Counted from the stretch's first letter, positions 19,843 to 28,798 are shown. The stretch: DNA of 64,000 nucleotides from an uncultured Chloroflexia bacterium (GCA_963813535.1 CAWEZH010000003.1:640001-704000); one strand, 5' to 3'. Numbers and translations are program-made. Notes: generated by a model not told the origin, from the letters alone.

Positions 19843-19866
19843 GAGTGGGAGCGATGGTACTGAGGA

Positions 19867-20448
19867 TCAGTCGGTCGGCGGCAAGATGACCTTGTCGATG
19901 ACGTGGATGACGCCATTCGACGCCATCACGTCGGGAGTCACGACCTTCGCACTGTCGTTCAGATAGACGACGCCGTCTTTGACGGCGATAGCGATCGGCG
20001 AGCCCTCGACCGAATCGGCTGAGGTGAGCCCGACGATCTGATCGGATGACACGGCCCCCGAGACGACGTGGTACAGCAGCACCTGCTTAAGCGCCTCCTT
20101 GTCGGCGAGCAGCCCCTCGAGCGTGCCGGCTGGGAGTGCCGCAAAGGCCTCGTCAGTGGGCGCAAGCACGGTGTAGGGACCCTCGCCCTGGAGCGTCTCC
20201 ACGAGCCCGGCGGCCTTGACGGCGGTCAGGAGGGTGGAAAAGGAGCCCGCCTCGGTGGCAGTCTGGACGATGTCCTTGGCCATGGTGGCTGCCGAAGCCG
20301 AAGGCGCGGCGCTTGGGGATGCGGCGGACGTGGCTGCCGGGCTCGGCGTCGACGCGTCGGTGGTCGACGCGCTCGGCGATGCAGCGGCGGAGCAGCCCGC
20401 GATCGCGATCGCGAGCGCTGGCACGAGGAGGGTGATGGATCGTTTCAT
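19867..20448 (-). CDS. Fasciclin (FAS1) domain lipoprotein
   Basis: Lipobox IAGC; [35 protein letters not shown]. Confidence 0.95.
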   Translation of the reverse strand: MKRSITLLVPALAIAIAGCSAAASPSASTTDASTPSPAATSAASPSAAPSASAATMAKDIVQTATEAGSFSTLLTAVKAAGLVETLQGEGPYTVLAPTDEAFAALPAGTLEGLLADKEALKQVLLYHVVSGAVSSDQIVGLTSADSVEGSPIAIAVKDGVVYLNDSAKVVTPDVMASNGVIHVIDKVILPPTD

Positions 20449-20516
20449 GACTGATGACTTCCCTTCGAGCTCTTGGCTTGGGTGTGATGTCGGGTCTGAC
20501 TGACTCGACCTCAGGT

Positions 20517-20545
20517 ATTATTTAGCACTAAATCTGCGTTGTCAA
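20517..20545 (-). promoter_or_regulatory. Sigma70-type promoter with overlapping palindromic operator
   Basis: TTGACA-17-AATAAT; ATTTAG-CA-CTAAAT at 20520-20533 overlaps spacer and -10. Confidence 0.65.
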
Positions 20546-20784
20546 GCAACCAAAGGGGACTGGGCATCCCTTGGGCCCTCCCCACGCTCGAGCGCGCGTA
20601 GGGCTTGGTTTCACGGGCGGGCCCGCCCACACGAGCCCGTCGCACCGTGAACCGCAGACCTCAGACGGCCGACCCGGGCCGGGTTTCCGTCGGGCCTCCC
20701 AAAGGCGCAGTGATCGCGGTGGGCCGTAGCCGGCCGGGCCGGCCGCCTAGGGTTTCGAGCCCGATGATGCGAACGAAGTCGGCA

Positions 20785-21168
20785 TTACGGCGCGACGTGA
20801 TCGGCCTCGTCGGCGTCAGCCTCGGCCTTCGTTCGGTGGATCGTGTCCGGTGCGTGCTCAGGCGGCGCGTACATCGTGTACAGGCGGAGGTCGCTCGACC
20901 CCGTGTTCACGAAGTTGTGGCGCGTCCCGGCCGGAACGTGGACAAGGCGGTCGGGTCCTACGGGACTCTGCTCGTCATCGAGGATCGCGACACCCTCGCC
21001 CTGAACGAACGCCAGGACCTGGTCCGTGTGATCGTGGATCTCCTCCCCGATCTCGCCTCCCGACGGGATGCACATGACGACGACCTGGGCGTTCGGCCCG
21101 GTCGAGAGAACCTGCCTGAAGGATGTGTTCGTCTTCGCGGCGGCGACGATATCAACGTTGAACGCCAT
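20785..21168 (-). CDS. Cupin domain protein
   Basis: EIGEEIHDHTDQ, VPAGTRHNFVN, YAPPEH; GAGGTG RBS. Confidence 0.9.
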   Translation of the reverse strand: MAFNVDIVAAAKTNTSFRQVLSTGPNAQVVVMCIPSGGEIGEEIHDHTDQVLAFVQGEGVAILDDEQSPVGPDRLVHVPAGTRHNFVNTGSSDLRLYTMYAPPEHAPDTIHRTKAEADADEADHVAP

Positions 21169-21371
21169 GCTGCACCTCACGCGACTCACTCCAGCGTCGA
21201 CCGATCGCGAACGTCTCCGATCGCCGACGGATGCCGAGATCGATCATCCGGGGCCCGAGCGGGGGTCTGCCAGAGCCAAACAGACGAAACGTACGGGCCG
21301 GCCGACCCGCCGGCGTCAGGGCGAACTGCGAACCCGTCGAACCCTCGGCGACCCCCTCTCTGACGCATCGG

Positions 21372-21453
21372 CGAGTCAGACTCGTGGCTCATCTCGATCG
21401 CCGTCAACGAGGCCCGACGGTTATCGCGTCGTCGGCGTCGAGGTCGGGCTTGA
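21372..21453 (+). pseudogene. ECF sigma factor fragment (region 2)
   Basis: SWLISIAVNEARRLSRRRRR aligns with PWLIAIAANEARQSMRGQRRR of the sigma at 9326-9871. Confidence 0.55.
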
Positions 21454-21478
21454 CGCGCCGGCTGACTATACGTATACT
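21450..21478 (+). promoter_or_regulatory. Promoter and palindromic operator upstream of EXLDI gene
   Basis: TTGACG-17-TATACT; perfect palindrome TATACGTATA at 21467-21476. Confidence 0.65.
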
Positions 21479-21521
21479 CATACACATCCAACGCACCCAC
21501 CAAGAGCGATACGATGCAGCC

Positions 21522-22040
21522 GTGCCGAACAAGACCATCTACGTCTCCGAAGGCGACCTCAAGCTCTATCAGCGGGCCCAGGAACTCGCGGGGGGCAACC
21601 TCTCCTCCGCGATCGCTACAGCCCTCCGCCGCTTCGTCGACCTCCAGGAGGGCCTCAAGGAGGGCTTCGACGACGTCGTCGTCCGCGTGGGTGTCGGCGG
21701 CGGGCGTAAGGTCCGGTTCACCGGCGTCCTGGTCGGGGAGTGGCTGGACAGCAGCACGAAGCGCGCCGTGCGTTACCGCGTCTGGCGCGGTCGCACCGGC
21801 AAGTACGTCCTCCACGTGGAACGCGAGCCGGACTTCTGGATGGTCGACGCCGAGGGCAATCCGGCCGGATGGCGCGGCCACCTGGGCATCGGCGACGTCC
21901 GCTATGGCAGCGTCCCCAAGGAGTCGACCATCGAGGTCGTCGCGACCGTCGACGATCTGCTTCTCATGGTCCCGTCTGAGCTCTACGACATGGTCGCGCG
22001 CTCCGCGCGCCTGCCGACCGTGGAGGAGCTCGAAATCTGA
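21522..22040 (+). CDS. EXLDI-family protein (putative ribbon-helix-helix regulator)
   Basis: MPNKTIYVS...GNLSSAI N-terminus, KVRFTG, C-terminal VEELEI. Confidence 0.85.
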   Translation: MPNKTIYVSEGDLKLYQRAQELAGGNLSSAIATALRRFVDLQEGLKEGFDDVVVRVGVGGGRKVRFTGVLVGEWLDSSTKRAVRYRVWRGRTGKYVLHVEREPDFWMVDAEGNPAGWRGHLGIGDVRYGSVPKESTIEVVATVDDLLLMVPSELYDMVARSARLPTVEELEI

Positions 22041-22076
22041 GCTGGGGCGCCACCCGGCCAACCCGGGAGGTGCCCG

Positions 22077-23075
22077 ATGATCCCGCAACCGCAGCCCACG
22101 CCCACGCTCGCCATCGAGGCCCGCGGCCTCAAGAAGGCCTACGACAAGCAGGTCGCCCTCGACGGGATCGACCTCGACGTCCCCGCCGGATCGGTGTTCG
22201 CCCTGCTCGGGCCCAACGGTGCCGGCAAGACGACGGCGATCCACGTCCTCGCCACGCTGATCTCGGCCGACGCAGGCGAGGCGCGGGTGGCCGGCTTCGA
22301 CGTCGCCCGCGAGCCCGACAAGGTGCGGCACACGATCGCCCTGACGGGCCAGATCTCCGCGGTCGACGGCCAGTTCACAGGCGAGGAGAACCTGCGCTTG
22401 ATGGCGGATCTCCTCCACCTCGGGCGCGAGGCGGGCAAGCGTCGCGTCGCGGAGCTGCTCCAGCGGTTCGACCTCGTGGCCGACGCGGGCCGGCCGGCAA
22501 TGACCTACTCGGGCGGGATGCGCCGGCGGCTCGACCTCGCGATGACCCTCGTGGGCAACCCGCGAATCATCTTCCTCGACGAGCCGACGACCGGGCTCGA
22601 TCCCCGGAGCCGCCGGGTGATGTGGGACGTGGTCCGAGGGCTGGTCGCCGACGGGGTGACGGTCCTCCTGACGACGCAGTACCTCGAAGAGGCCGACCGG
22701 CTGGCCGACCGGATCGCGCTGCTCGATGGTGGCCGGGTCGTCGCCAGCGGGACGCCGGCCGAGCTCAAGCGGCTCGTGCACGGTGGAAGCGTCCAGCTCG
22801 AGTTCGGCGACGAGGCTGCTTTGGACCGCGCCGCAGCGGTGCTCGGCGACGGGTCGCGCGACGAGCAGGGGCTTTCCCTGGAGGTGCCCAACGACGGCGG
22901 CGTGCGCTCGCTTCGCGCGCTGCTCGACCGGCTCGATGCCGCCTCGATCGAGGTCGACGGCCTGTCCGTCCGGTCGGCCGACCTCGACGACGTGTTCCTG
23001 TCGCTTACCGGGCGGCGCGACGGCGCCGAAGTCCCGGTGGCCCAGACCCTGCCCCCGAAGGAGGTCGCCCGATGA
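22077..23075 (+). CDS. DrrA-like ABC exporter ATP-binding subunit
   Basis: GPNGAGKTT, YSGGMRRRLDLA, FLDEPTTGLDP, LTTQYLEEAD. Confidence 0.95.
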   Translation: MIPQPQPTPTLAIEARGLKKAYDKQVALDGIDLDVPAGSVFALLGPNGAGKTTAIHVLATLISADAGEARVAGFDVAREPDKVRHTIALTGQISAVDGQFTGEENLRLMADLLHLGREAGKRRVAELLQRFDLVADAGRPAMTYSGGMRRRLDLAMTLVGNPRIIFLDEPTTGLDPRSRRVMWDVVRGLVADGVTVLLTTQYLEEADRLADRIALLDGGRVVASGTPAELKRLVHGGSVQLEFGDEAALDRAAAVLGDGSRDEQGLSLEVPNDGGVRSLRALLDRLDAASIEVDGLSVRSADLDDVFLSLTGRRDGAEVPVAQTLPPKEVAR

Positions 23076-23869
23076 TCGCCTACCCCGTCATCGACTCCAT
23101 GACGATGCTGCGCCGCAGCGTCCGCCGGATGCGCCGCTACCCGTCGCTGACCTTCTTCATCGCGGTGCTCCCCGTCGTGTTCCTGCTGCTCTTCGTATAT
23201 GTGCTGGGGGGCGCGATGGGGGCGGGGCTCGGGGCGGCGGCGCCTGCTGGCGGGCGGGACGCCTACCTCGCGTACTTGATGCCCGGGATCCTCGTCGCGA
23301 CCGTCGCCGGCGCGGGGACCGGGACGGCGATCTCGGTGGCGATGGACATGACCAACGGGATCATCGCCCGCTTCCGGACGATGGCGATCGCCCGAGCTTC
23401 CGTGCTTACAGGCCACGTGCTGGGCACCGTCATCCAGGTCGTGTTGGCGTCGCTACTCGTTCTCGTGATCGCGGTGGCGATCGGGTTCCGTCCGACGACC
23501 GAGCCCCTCTCCTGGCTTGCCGCGTTCGGGCTGCTCTTGCTCACGACGGTGGCGATCGCGTGGCTCTCGGTCGCGATGGGGCTCGTGACGGACAGCGTCG
23601 AGACGGCGAGCAACCTGCCCCAAGTGTTCCTGCTGCTCCTGTTCCTGAGCTCGGCATTCGTCCCGATCGAGACGCTGCCCGAGCCGCTGCGGACCTTCGT
23701 CCAATACCAGCCCTTCACGCCCATCATCGAGACGGTGCGCGGGCTGCTCTACGGGACGGAGACCGGTACGCATGGCGTGATCGCGGTGGCGTGGTGCGTC
23801 GTGTTCTCTGTCGTCGGGTACCTCTGGGCCACGCGGCTCTACGGGCGCGACTTCCGCGCGCCGGCCTAG
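23072..23869 (+). CDS. ABC-2 type permease
   Basis: Six TMs, GIIARFRTM, LSSAFVP, YQPFTPI; ATGA overlap. Confidence 0.93.
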   Translation: MIAYPVIDSMTMLRRSVRRMRRYPSLTFFIAVLPVVFLLLFVYVLGGAMGAGLGAAAPAGGRDAYLAYLMPGILVATVAGAGTGTAISVAMDMTNGIIARFRTMAIARASVLTGHVLGTVIQVVLASLLVLVIAVAIGFRPTTEPLSWLAAFGLLLLTTVAIAWLSVAMGLVTDSVETASNLPQVFLLLLFLSSAFVPIETLPEPLRTFVQYQPFTPIIETVRGLLYGTETGTHGVIAVAWCVVFSVVGYLWATRLYGRDFRAPA

Positions 23870-24014
23870 GCCCCGCGTGGAGATCCGAGGCTTGGATGTG
23901 TCCTTCGCATCCCGGCGCCGACACCGTCCCCGGAGTGTCTGGGCGTGATCCGCGCTGTTCGGGCGAGCGATCGATCTGACGCCCGTCTGCGAGCAGCACC
24001 TATACTCGATCGGC

Positions 24015-24089
24015 GCCGACATAGCTCAGCGGTAGAGCAGCTGTTTCGTAAACAGCAGGTCCGCAGTTCGAATCTGCGTGTCGGCTCCA
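24015..24089 (+). tRNA. tRNA-Thr(CGT)
   Basis: Acceptor GCCGACA/TGTCGGC, D-arm GCTC/GAGC, anticodon arm GCTGT-TTCGTAA-ACAGC, T-arm CGCAG-TTCGAAT-CTGCG, encoded CCA; TATACT at 24001. Confidence 0.97.
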
Positions 24090-24156
24090 GCCTTTCTCTC
24101 GTTCAGAATCGCCCGGTCCGGATGCGAATCTCGTCGCGTGCGTCTACCACAATGCT

Positions 24157-24173
24157 GAAGGCCTGCTAACTGA
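24157..24173 (+). repeat. Putative integrase arm-type site, left copy
   Basis: GAAGGCCTGCTAACTGA, 16/17 identical to 27666-27682. Confidence 0.55.
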
Positions 24174-24289
24174 TCGAATCTGGGGCACTCGCAGCCTGTC
24201 GTGCGGAGCACGCCGAGCGTGGCCAACGCGCCGACGATCCAACACCGTGGCTTCCTAGGCCTGCTGTCTTTGACACAGCTGGTCCTCGC

Positions 24290-24880
24290 TTAAACCGCAC
24301 CGATGCCACCATCAGCTGCGGGCGTCGCGAGTAGGGCCAGGGCGTTCTGGACTCCCTGCTCGAGGATCTCATCGGCAAGTGTTTGGTCGGCCAGGGCACG
24401 GGAGACCTGGAGCGTCCCAACCAACAAGGCGAAGACGCCGAGCGTCCTCACGCGCGCTGACTGGGGATCGTCCGGTGCCAATCGGGCGGCAACGTCATCG
24501 ATGATCGCCAGCTGCCCATCGGTGTAGGCGCGCTTCACGGCGTCGGACGACCGCGCTATCTCGTCGAGGAGCGCGGCCGATGGACAGCCGCCTTGCCTGT
24601 CGTCGCGGTGCTCAACGGACACGTACTCGCGAACGATCTCCTCGGGCGATTGGGCGCTGTACCGCTCGCGCTGCTCGCGGAGCTGATCTGCGACCGTGCT
24701 CGCGACGAGGTCCTCCTTCGAGTCGAAGTGGGCGTAAAAGGCGCCGTTGGTCAGGCCGGCGTCGGCCATGAGCGTCGCCACGCCGGAGCCATCGATCCCG
24801 TCCCGCTTGAGCCGACGGCCGGCCGCCTCGATGATCCGCCGCCGTGTCGCCTGCTTGTGCTCTTTCCCGTATCGGGCCAT
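24290..24880 (-). CDS. TetR/AcrR (NemR-like) regulator
   Basis: GVATLMADAGLTNGAFYAHFDSKEDL; GGCPSAAL. Confidence 0.93.
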   Translation of the reverse strand: MARYGKEHKQATRRRIIEAAGRRLKRDGIDGSGVATLMADAGLTNGAFYAHFDSKEDLVASTVADQLREQRERYSAQSPEEIVREYVSVEHRDDRQGGCPSAALLDEIARSSDAVKRAYTDGQLAIIDDVAARLAPDDPQSARVRTLGVFALLVGTLQVSRALADQTLADEILEQGVQNALALLATPAADGGIGAV

Positions 24881-24906
24881 GCACGACTCCTTGTCGAAGT
24901 TCCTTC

Positions 24907-24940
24907 TTGACATTCATTCTATGTCGTCCGTAATATTACG
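24907..24940 (+). promoter_or_regulatory. Promoter and operator between divergent TetR and SDR
   Basis: TTGACA at 24907; perfect palindrome CGTAATATTACG at 24929-24940 over the -10 region. Confidence 0.6.
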
Positions 24941-24972
24941 ACCATCAGCCAATAGGAGCAAGGGAGTCCACG

Positions 24973-25788
24973 ATGACAACAGCCAAGCCGGTCGCGCTCG
25001 TGACGGGCGCGTCCTCGGGCATTGGGAGGGCCGCCGCGGCCGCCCTCGCCGCGGCCGGTTTCGAGGTGGTCGGCACGAGCCGGAAAGCGTCTGGCATCGC
25101 CCCGCTCGCCGGCGTCAGGTTCCTCGACCTCGATATCACGAGCGACGAGTCGGTCAGCACGGCAGTCGGGCGCGTGATCAAGCAGTTCGGGCGGCTCGAC
25201 GTCCTGGTCAATAACGCGGGCACCGGCGCAGCCGGGGCCGCCGAGGAGAGCTCGGTCGCCCAAGATCAGCGCGTCTTCGACATCAACTTCTTCGGCCTCG
25301 TCCGGGTGACGAAGGCGGTCCTCCCGCACATGCGCGCCGCGGGAACGGGTCGGATCATCAACATCTCATCGGTCCTCGGACTCGTCCCTGCGCCGTACAT
25401 GGCCAGTTACGCCGCGACGAAGCACGCGATCGAGGGCTACTCAGAGTCGGTCGACCATGAGGTTCGAGAGCACGGCATCCGAGTGCTCCTCATCGAGCCT
25501 GCCTGGACCAAGACGGGCCTCGACGCGAACTCCATCCAGCCCGACGCTCCCCTCCCGATCTACGCACAGCAGCGGCGCACCTTCGATGGCGTGATCGCGC
25601 GTGCCATGACAGACGGCGATGACCCGTCCATCGTCGCCAACGCGATCGTCGCGGCAGCCACCGATCGGAAGCCGAAGCTGCGCTACACCGCCGGCTCCCT
25701 GTCCGGACGCGTCAGCGCCGCGCGCCGCTTCGCTCCCAGCCGGGTCTTCGACCGGCAGATCCGGAAGCTCAACCGCCTGCCCGCCTGA
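24973..25788 (+). CDS. Classical SDR oxidoreductase
   Basis: VTGASSGIG, LVNNAG, YAATKHA. Confidence 0.94.
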   Translation: MTTAKPVALVTGASSGIGRAAAAALAAAGFEVVGTSRKASGIAPLAGVRFLDLDITSDESVSTAVGRVIKQFGRLDVLVNNAGTGAAGAAEESSVAQDQRVFDINFFGLVRVTKAVLPHMRAAGTGRIINISSVLGLVPAPYMASYAATKHAIEGYSESVDHEVREHGIRVLLIEPAWTKTGLDANSIQPDAPLPIYAQQRRTFDGVIARAMTDGDDPSIVANAIVAAATDRKPKLRYTAGSLSGRVSAARRFAPSRVFDRQIRKLNRLPA

Positions 25789-25828
25789 GGCTTGAACCCT
25801 CACTTAGCCCCACACAAGGAGAACCGTC

Positions 25829-26689
25829 ATGGGCACCACTAGCAACGACCCCGTCATCACGTCCTACGCGAAGGCGCCGACCCGCACCATCACCGCCGGC
25901 GGCGTGACGTACGCCTATCGCGAGCTCGGGCCGAAGGGCGGGATCCCCGTGATCTTCTTCGTCCACCTCGCCGCGAACCTGGACAACTGGGACCCGCGGA
26001 TCGTCGACCCGATCGCCAGGGAGCACCACGTCATCGCGTTCGACAACCGCGGCGTCGGTGCCTCCACCGGCAAGGTTCCCGAGAGCGTCGAGACGATGGC
26101 CGACGATGCCTACACCTTCATCCGCGCGCTCGGCTTCGACGAGGTCGACATCTTCTCGTTCTCCCTCGGTGGCTTTGTCGCCCAGGCCCTCGTGGTCAAG
26201 CACCCAGACCTGGTTCGCAAGCTGATCCTCACCGGAACCGGCCCTGCCGGCGGCAAGGACATCGACAAGGTGGCCGGTATCACCTACTACGACATCCTCC
26301 GGGCGACCTTGACCCGGTCGGACCCGAAGGAGTACCTGTTCTTCAATCGCAACGCCAGCGGCAAGCCGGCCGCCAGGGCATTTGTCAAACGGCTAAAGGA
26401 GCGCACGGTCGACCGCGACGCCCCGGTCGCGCTGAGCACGCTCCAGACGCAGCTCAAGGCGATCAAGCGGTGGGGCCGCTTGGCGCCCGCAGACCTGTCG
26501 ACGATCAGCCAGCCCACCCTCATCGCCAACGGCGACAACGACCGGATGGTGCCCTCGGTGCTCTCCGAGGACCTGCACCGCCGCATCAAGGGCTCCGAGC
26601 TCATTGTCTACCCCGACTCCGGGCACGGCGGCATTTTCCAGTTCCACGACACGTTCGCGCCGGTCGCCGTCGCGTTCCTCGACCGCTGA
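25829..26689 (+). CDS. Alpha/beta-fold hydrolase
   Basis: FDNRGVGAS, FSFSLGG, NGDND, YPDSGHG. Confidence 0.92.
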   Translation: MGTTSNDPVITSYAKAPTRTITAGGVTYAYRELGPKGGIPVIFFVHLAANLDNWDPRIVDPIAREHHVIAFDNRGVGASTGKVPESVETMADDAYTFIRALGFDEVDIFSFSLGGFVAQALVVKHPDLVRKLILTGTGPAGGKDIDKVAGITYYDILRATLTRSDPKEYLFFNRNASGKPAARAFVKRLKERTVDRDAPVALSTLQTQLKAIKRWGRLAPADLSTISQPTLIANGDNDRMVPSVLSEDLHRRIKGSELIVYPDSGHGGIFQFHDTFAPVAVAFLDR

Positions 26690-26715
26690 CGCACACTGCG
26701 AACGAAGGCACGAAG

Positions 26716-27510
26716 GTGGTAACTACACCTCCCTCGGCGAGGAGGGCCCTCGTCTCATCGATCCTGCTATGGATGCGGACCGATCAGCCCCGGCAGCAGG
26801 GCATGGACCACTGGAAAGGCCCGCACTCGAAGATCATCTCCGCCACGCCGGGGATGGAGGAGTACCGCCAGATCCACCTAGCGGAGAACAATCCCGGCTT
26901 GTGGCCGGCCATCAGCGGGGTCGAGACGGTCATCCCGGCCGAGCGCAGGATCGACGGCGTCGCCGAGATCACGTTCACGTCCGTTCTCTCGCCGCTGTGG
27001 GGTCGTAAACAGACCAGGCTCGCGTACAAGGATGAAGTGAACGTGTTTCGACGCACCCTGCTCTACGTGGGGCCACCGTACTCGGCCCGCTGGTACAGCG
27101 TGGCCGGTCCCGGGGAGATGGTGGGAGCGCGGAGCCTGATCTACATCCGCAAGCGGGAAGGCGTCAAGATCGGTGCGTTCCGGAGGCTCCTCACGGACGA
27201 GATTGTTCCCGCTCTCGTCAAGGCTGGTTCCCTGAAGGAACTCCGATCGCAGGTCTTCATGCCCTGGATCAAGCGGCTCTGGGACACGCCGAATGTCGCG
27301 CACGACAACCCGGCCGACCAGCGGTTCCATGCCTCGTTGATCCTCGGCTTCGCCGATACCAATGCCTTGGAGGCGTTCTTCGGTGGCGGAGAGATCGCGA
27401 CCCTTTCAGGCAAGCTGCCGGAGTTCGTTTCGGCGGTCCACGCCTACGAGGTCACCGAAGCGCTGACATACGTGAAAGACGGCATCGTCCTCTCGCATTA
27501 TCAGACGTAA
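26716..27510 (+). CDS. EthD-like (dimeric alpha/beta barrel) hypothetical protein
   Basis: HWKGPHSKII...PGMEEYRQIH...IDGVAEITF pattern, apparently two domains. Confidence 0.6.
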   Translation: MVTTPPSARRALVSSILLWMRTDQPRQQGMDHWKGPHSKIISATPGMEEYRQIHLAENNPGLWPAISGVETVIPAERRIDGVAEITFTSVLSPLWGRKQTRLAYKDEVNVFRRTLLYVGPPYSARWYSVAGPGEMVGARSLIYIRKREGVKIGAFRRLLTDEIVPALVKAGSLKELRSQVFMPWIKRLWDTPNVAHDNPADQRFHASLILGFADTNALEAFFGGGEIATLSGKLPEFVSAVHAYEVTEALTYVKDGIVLSHYQT

Positions 27511-27665
27511 CGGCGCCGGGTCCCGTCGCTCGGTTAACCGAGGAGCCGACCAAGCGCCCGGAGTTGTAGGCCCTAGCGGGCGTTGGCGGCTCAGGGCGTC
27601 ATCCGGCACCGGGTACAAGAGCGTCGACTACAGCGCACCTACGGAGGCCACGCGAGAGCGCAAAC

Positions 27666-27682
27666 GAAGACCTGCTAACTGA
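27666..27682 (+). repeat. Putative integrase arm-type site, right copy
   Basis: GAAGACCTGCTAACTGA, about 54 bp before the tRNA fragment. Confidence 0.55.
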
Positions 27683-27735
27683 GCGGCCTACGCTCGCGAT
27701 TCCACGCTCCGGCCACAACGCTTAGGCCCACCTAG

Positions 27736-27780
27736 TTCGTAAACAGCAGGTCCTCGGTTCAAATCCGAGTGTCGGCTCCA
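27736..27780 (+). repeat. Displaced 3' half of tRNA-Thr (att site)
   Basis: TTCGTAAACAGCAGGTC-CTCGG-TTCAAAT-CCGAG-TGTCGGCTCCA; no 5' half. Confidence 0.9.
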
Positions 27781-27906
27781 CTACCCCGCTTCTGAGCGTG
27801 GGCAGACCGACTGTCTCAGGACGGATGGTCGGAACCGACCCGCCATTGCCGATGCGCGGCGCGGATCCGGGACCGAGGTCCTTCGCGTCGAACCCGCCAG
27901 AGCCTC

Positions 27907-27950
27907 TTGCATCCGCTGATTCATCCGCGTATAGTGAACCACATGGTTCA
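27907..27950 (+). promoter_or_regulatory. Leaderless promoter and ArsR operator
   Basis: TTGCAT-17-TATAGT; TGAACC-ACAT-GGTTCA overlapping ATG 27943. Confidence 0.65.
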
Positions 27951-28308
27951 GTATGTGAGCGGACGACTCGATGCCTCCTTCGCCGCGCTCTCGGACGCGA
28001 CCCGACGTGGCGTCTTGGAGCGCCTGGGGCGTGGCGATGCTTCGATCACGGATCTGGCCCAGGCCTTCCACATGACCCTCACGGGCATGAAGAAGCACGT
28101 CGGCGTCCTGGAGCACGCTGAGCTCGTCACCACGGAGAAGGTCGGGCGCGTGCGGACGTGCAAGCTCGGCCCGCACCGACTGGAAGAAGAGACGGACTGG
28201 CTCGAGAGGCACCGCCGGCTCTGGGACGCACGCTTCGACGAGCTGGACAAGGTTGTCGAGGGACTGAAACGGAAGGAGAAGATCGATGGACGCAACACGG
28301 ACAAGTGA
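27943..28308 (+). CDS. ArsR/SmtB family regulator
   Basis: FAALSDATRRGVL, KKHVGVLE, GRVRTC. Confidence 0.92.
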   Translation: MVQYVSGRLDASFAALSDATRRGVLERLGRGDASITDLAQAFHMTLTGMKKHVGVLEHAELVTTEKVGRVRTCKLGPHRLEEETDWLERHRRLWDARFDELDKVVEGLKRKEKIDGRNTDK

Positions 28309-28798
28309 GCCCACCCCCGTGAAGACGAACTCCACGACGGTGGAACGGGTCTCAGAGCGTGAGCTCGTCGTCACGCGAACGTTCAACGGCCCGGCGCGCC
28401 TTGTGTTCGAGGCGTGGACCAAGCCCGAGCTGTTCAGGCAGTGGTGGCTGCCGAAGTCGATGGGCATGTCGCTGCGTTCCTGCGAGATGGATGTTCGTGT
28501 CGGGGGCACGTACCGTCTCGCGTTCGAACCCGATGGTGTGGCGTTCTTCGGCACGTACCGCGAAGTGACACCGCACTCGCGCCTCGTCTGGACCAATGAG
28601 GAAGGTGACGAGAGTTCCGTCACGACCGTGACCTTCGAGGAACAGGGCGGCAGGACGTTGTTGGTCATGCACGAGCTGTATCCCTCGAAGGAAGCCCTCG
28701 ACGCTGCCGGGACGGGGGCGGCGGATGCGACGGTCGAGACATTCGCACAACTGGACGAGCTTCTCGTCACCCTCGGCGCGAGCGACGGACGGTCATGA
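28286..28798 (+). CDS. SRPBCC (AHSA1-like) domain protein
   Basis: RELVVTRTFNGPARLVFEAWTKPE, MDVRVGGTYR. Confidence 0.92.
   Translation: MDATRTSEPTPVKTNSTTVERVSERELVVTRTFNGPARLVFEAWTKPELFRQWWLPKSMGMSLRSCEMDVRVGGTYRLAFEPDGVAFFGTYREVTPHSRLVWTNEEGDESSVTTVTFEEQGGRTLLVMHELYPSKEALDAAGTGAADATVETFAQLDELLVTLGASDGRS

Larger units (their letters stand above)
24045..27780. mobile_element. Small integrase-free element inserted in tRNA-Thr
   Basis: Bounded by a direct repeat of the tRNA 3' half (24045-24089 and 27736-27780) beginning at the anticodon loop. Confidence 0.75.

Noticed and set aside
20521-20533. TTAGCACT resembling a CIRCE/HrcA half-site
   Set aside because: No GAGTGCTAA second half at 9-bp spacing and no chaperone genes; better read as its own short palindrome
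20690-20706. Minus-strand CTTTGGGAGGCC string resembling Alu/SRP RNA
   Set aside because: Short chance match; the SRP domain IV motif is absent
19600-20790. Cobalamin or c-di-GMP riboswitch near the B12-binding regulator
   Set aside because: No B12 box or GEMM consensus recognised by eye on either strand
27736-27780. Second tRNA gene
   Set aside because: Only the 3' half is present; no D-arm or 5' acceptor strand
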